Source: Monocercomonoides exilis PA203 (Eukaryota; Protista; Preaxostyla). From it: 64,000 bases of DNA. Positions within the stretch are counted from its first letter, which is position 1; every line of letters starts with the position of its first letter. Positions 61,591 to 64,000 of this stretch are shown one piece after another. Position numbers and translations under genes: made by a program. The notes beneath the pieces were generated by a model. That model was not told the DNA's origin. It was given only the letters and a program-made list of their open reading frames with translations, and searched no databases. The stretch spans positions 682,001 through 746,000 of the forward strand of contig LSRY02000032.1 of the NCBI GenBank assembly GCA_001643675.2, written 5' to 3'.

Positions 61591-64000
61591 ATGTTTATTA
61601 GTTTGGAAAAGGAGAAAACGAAAAGAAAGATTTGCTTTCCAAAAATGAGCAACATCGTTTTGCTTGCTATAGCCCTTGGATTAAATTTGCAGTACCAAAG
61701 CATGCGCACAGAAACTTCATATTTTGGGGCTTCCGAAAATAGTCAGGGAAAAGATGAGAAAAAGATTATTGAAGATGAGCCTTTGTCTTTTAACAACAAG
61801 TGTTCTATGGAAGCTACTGACGCAAATTTTGGGAATACGTTTTATCGGTATGATTCTTCCATAGAAACAAGAAAAGAGGGGAAGCACAATGATTTGAGAA
61901 AAGAGAAGAATGCACTTGAAAAAGGAGCTATAAAAAATTTTTTCGAAGATTTTGAATACAGCACAAATAAATATGAATATGTTGGCAGTTTAAAGGAGAG
62001 TAGGATCAAGGGATGCATGATTCTGATGAACTCGTCAGTTATATTGAGTGAGTTTGTGATGATTTCTGAAAAGGAAAGGTGTGCAATCGGAGTTTGCAAA
62101 GGGAGCAGTGTTGTTGTGGATGAGTGTGAAGTGGCAATGGAGAGTGGAATTTCACCATTGGAGTTGCAGGGAGGTTGTGCAATATTGGCTAATATTTCTC
62201 TCGGTTCGACAACTCGATTTTCATCTTTTAATTTTCCGCCTCTTTTTGGATCAAAACAGTCTGAACACAAAGTTGCGGGTTTCGGACGTGTTTGCGTGTA
62301 TTTGTCATGTTTCTCTTCTTTTTGTGTATCTTCAGCTCCATTCCTCTCGGCTTCATTCATTTCCCTAATATCACTCTCCCAACTGATCTTCTTTAACATT
62401 TCCACTAGTCCATCGAAAACAGCATATATGGCTGAAGGGCTGAGCCAAACCTCGTTTCTGATGAGTGGGTGTGAGTTTGTATCAGTGTGGGATGTTTATG
62501 ATGGGGGCATTGTCCCGTCACTCAACAGCCCCTCATCATCCTTGGCTGCCTCAAACACCTCATTTGTCAGGTGCTATCGATCACAGAATGTTGCAGTCAG
62601 CGGGAGTGAGGGGAATCCATCGAAACAAGTGAGACAGCAGATTACAGAAAATGGGGCGAATTCATTCACTTGGTGTGAGTGGAATGGGTCAAAAACAACA
62701 GGAGAAAATCGTTCATATGAAGATAGCGCTTCAAATGGAGGGGCAATATACATGCATAACATGGTATCGGGAACACTTTCGGTACAATATTGTTCATTCA
62801 ATGACTGCTATGCGCATTATGCTGGAGGAGCAATCATGTGTCATACTCTAAAATCTGTTCAAATCGAAAATAATTCATTCAATTCTTGCATTGCAAAAAA
62901 TATGGGTGGAGGGGGAATGCTTGCTTATTCTATTTCAACATTTGTCAAGATCAGTGGGTGTGAGCTCCAAAAATGTGAGGCTAGCTTTGATGGAGGTGGC
63001 ATTCATCTTAATTTTTTCCCGAACATAGAAATAGAATCTTTTGGAACAGAAAATGATGTTGGCGAGAACTCGTACGTGTTTGAGTGCTCATTCTCTTCGT
63101 GCTATCTAACACATTCAAATGGCGGAGGCATGTATTGTTCAAATATTCCGGCTAAATTTAAAATGAGGAACATCCTGTTCATTTCGTGCAACGCGTCAAC
63201 AAATGGCGGAGGACTGTATCTCAATCCATATCAAACAATTGAGCCAAGTGATCATTATTATTGTGTTTTTTTATACTTTCAGTTGTGTACAGTCACAAGT
63301 TATTCGTCATGTGGAGGCTTCAACGTTTGCTATATAGATCACTTCAATCAATATTTGGATACAGGAAGCCCATTCAATGAATGCTATACAACGAGTTCAA
63401 ATAATAGAAGATTGTATTATGAATATACAAATGGGACTTCTAACAAATTTCAGGAAACAGAAAAGCAAGATTGGTTGAAATTTGGAATAAGAGATCTTTT
63501 TGTTGATGCACTTGAATACAGAAACCTTGAGTATTGCGGAGCAAAAAAAACTTCCCCATGCAAAACATTTGCAACTGCAATTAAAAATAGCATGAAACAA
63601 ATGAATTGCACAATTACTGTTCTAAGCCGGAATCATGGGGTGGATAATGCAACAATTGTTATTGGAGAGAGAAACTTTGTTATTGTCGGAGGTGGCAGTT
63701 CTGTGAGTTTTATTGGAATGAATTCACTTTCTTCGCTTTCGACAACGCTATTTAGTGTGTCAACGGGCCATTTAAAAGTGATGCATCTGGGAATCGATCA
63801 GAATTCAACAAATATTCCTTCGCCTAATGTATTTATGGTATCAGGAGGGAATGGAATACTTTCGTTGGAAGATATTCTGATAAGTTCATGTTTAGGTGGA
63901 AATGCATTCTCCTCCTTTGTACTTGTTGAGCATTTTTCACAGCTATTAATTAATGGAGTTGAGATCAGAAACATGAATTTTTCACAGTCGCTATTATCAG
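61591..64000 (+). CDS. Pectin-lyase-fold/parallel beta-helix (GGG[AM]Y repeat) putative surface protein of an expanded family; 3' end runs off the window
   Basis: Frame from ATG 61591 or 61645 (MSNIVLLAIALGL leader) has no stop in the stretches translated by eye and appears open to the window end, which would explain its absence from the ORF track. Motifs SVWDVYDGGIVPSLN, NSFTWCEW, NGGAIYM, GGGMLA, GGGIHL, GGGMYC, GGGLYL, QDWL and SPCKT. Confidence 0.8.
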   Translation, partial: MFISLEKEKTKRKICFPKMSNIVLLAIALGLNLQYQSMRTETSYFGASENSQGKDEKKIIEDEPLSFNNKCSMEATDANFGNTFYRYDSSIETRKEGKHNDLRKEKNALEKGAIKNFFEDFEYSTNKYEYVGSLKESRIKGCMILMNSSVILSEFVMISEKERCAIGVCKGSSVVVDECEVAMESGISPLELQGGCAILANISLGSTTRFSSFNFPPLFGSKQSEHKVAGFGRVCVYLSCFSSFCVSSAPFLSASFISLISLSQLIFFNISTSPSKTAYMAEGLSQTSFLMSGCEFVSVWDVYDGGIVPSLNSPSSSLAASNTSFVRCYRSQNVAVSGSEGNPSKQVRQQITENGANSFTWCEWNGSKTTGENRSYEDSASNGGAIYMHNMVSGTLSVQYCSFNDCYAHYAGGAIMCHTLKSVQIENNSFNSCIAKNMGGGGMLAYSISTFVKISGCELQKCEASFDGGGIHLNFFPNIEIESFGTENDVGENSYVFECSFSSCYLTHSNGGGMYCSNIPAKFKMRNILFISCNASTNGGGLYLNPYQTIEPSDHYYCVFLYFQLCTVTSYSSCGGFNVCYIDHFNQYLDTGSPFNECYTTSSNNRRLYYEYTNGTSNKFQETEKQDWLKFGIRDLFVDALEYRNLEYCGAKKTSPCKTFATAIKNSMKQMNCTITVLSRNHGVDNATIVIGERNFVIVGGGSSVSFIGMNSLSSLSTTLFSVSTGHLKVMHLGIDQNSTNIPSPNVFMVSGGNGILSLEDILISSCLGGNAFSSFVLVEHFSQLLINGVEIRNMNFSQSLLS

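Noticed and set aside
1-64000. CRISPR arrays, rRNA or tRNA genes
   Set aside because: No regularly spaced repeats or recognisable structural RNA were seen by eye; tRNAscan-SE and Infernal were not run.

Overview
AT-rich eukaryotic genomic DNA with short GT-AG spliceosomal introns and the standard genetic code. Gene style and two expanded lineage-type families suggest an oxymonad such as Monocercomonoides (inference, not verified). Housekeeping genes: mid-SUN protein, cyclin H, a pseudokinase/RRM protein, REX4 exonuclease, Cdc25, kinesin-2, UTP4, a coiled-coil protein, a giant tesmin/LIN54-type CXC protein and a pectin-lyase-fold surface-protein family member. The highlight is an intron-containing, ~5,400-aa bimodular type I polyketide synthase (FAAL-ACP-KS-AT-KR-ACP-KS-AT-DH-ER-KR-ACP-TE). 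Its two AT domains share a near-identical 590-bp block, and colinearity predicts a 5-hydroxy long-chain fatty acid or delta-lactone. Four DNA transposons have readable TIRs and TSDs: an intact Merlin/IS1595-type element, a pogo/Fot1-like DD35D element, and a nested pair of non-autonomous elements that each carry decayed host-gene cargo (hAT-like outside, 198-bp-TIR Merlin-like inside). Exon boundaries were inferred by eye.
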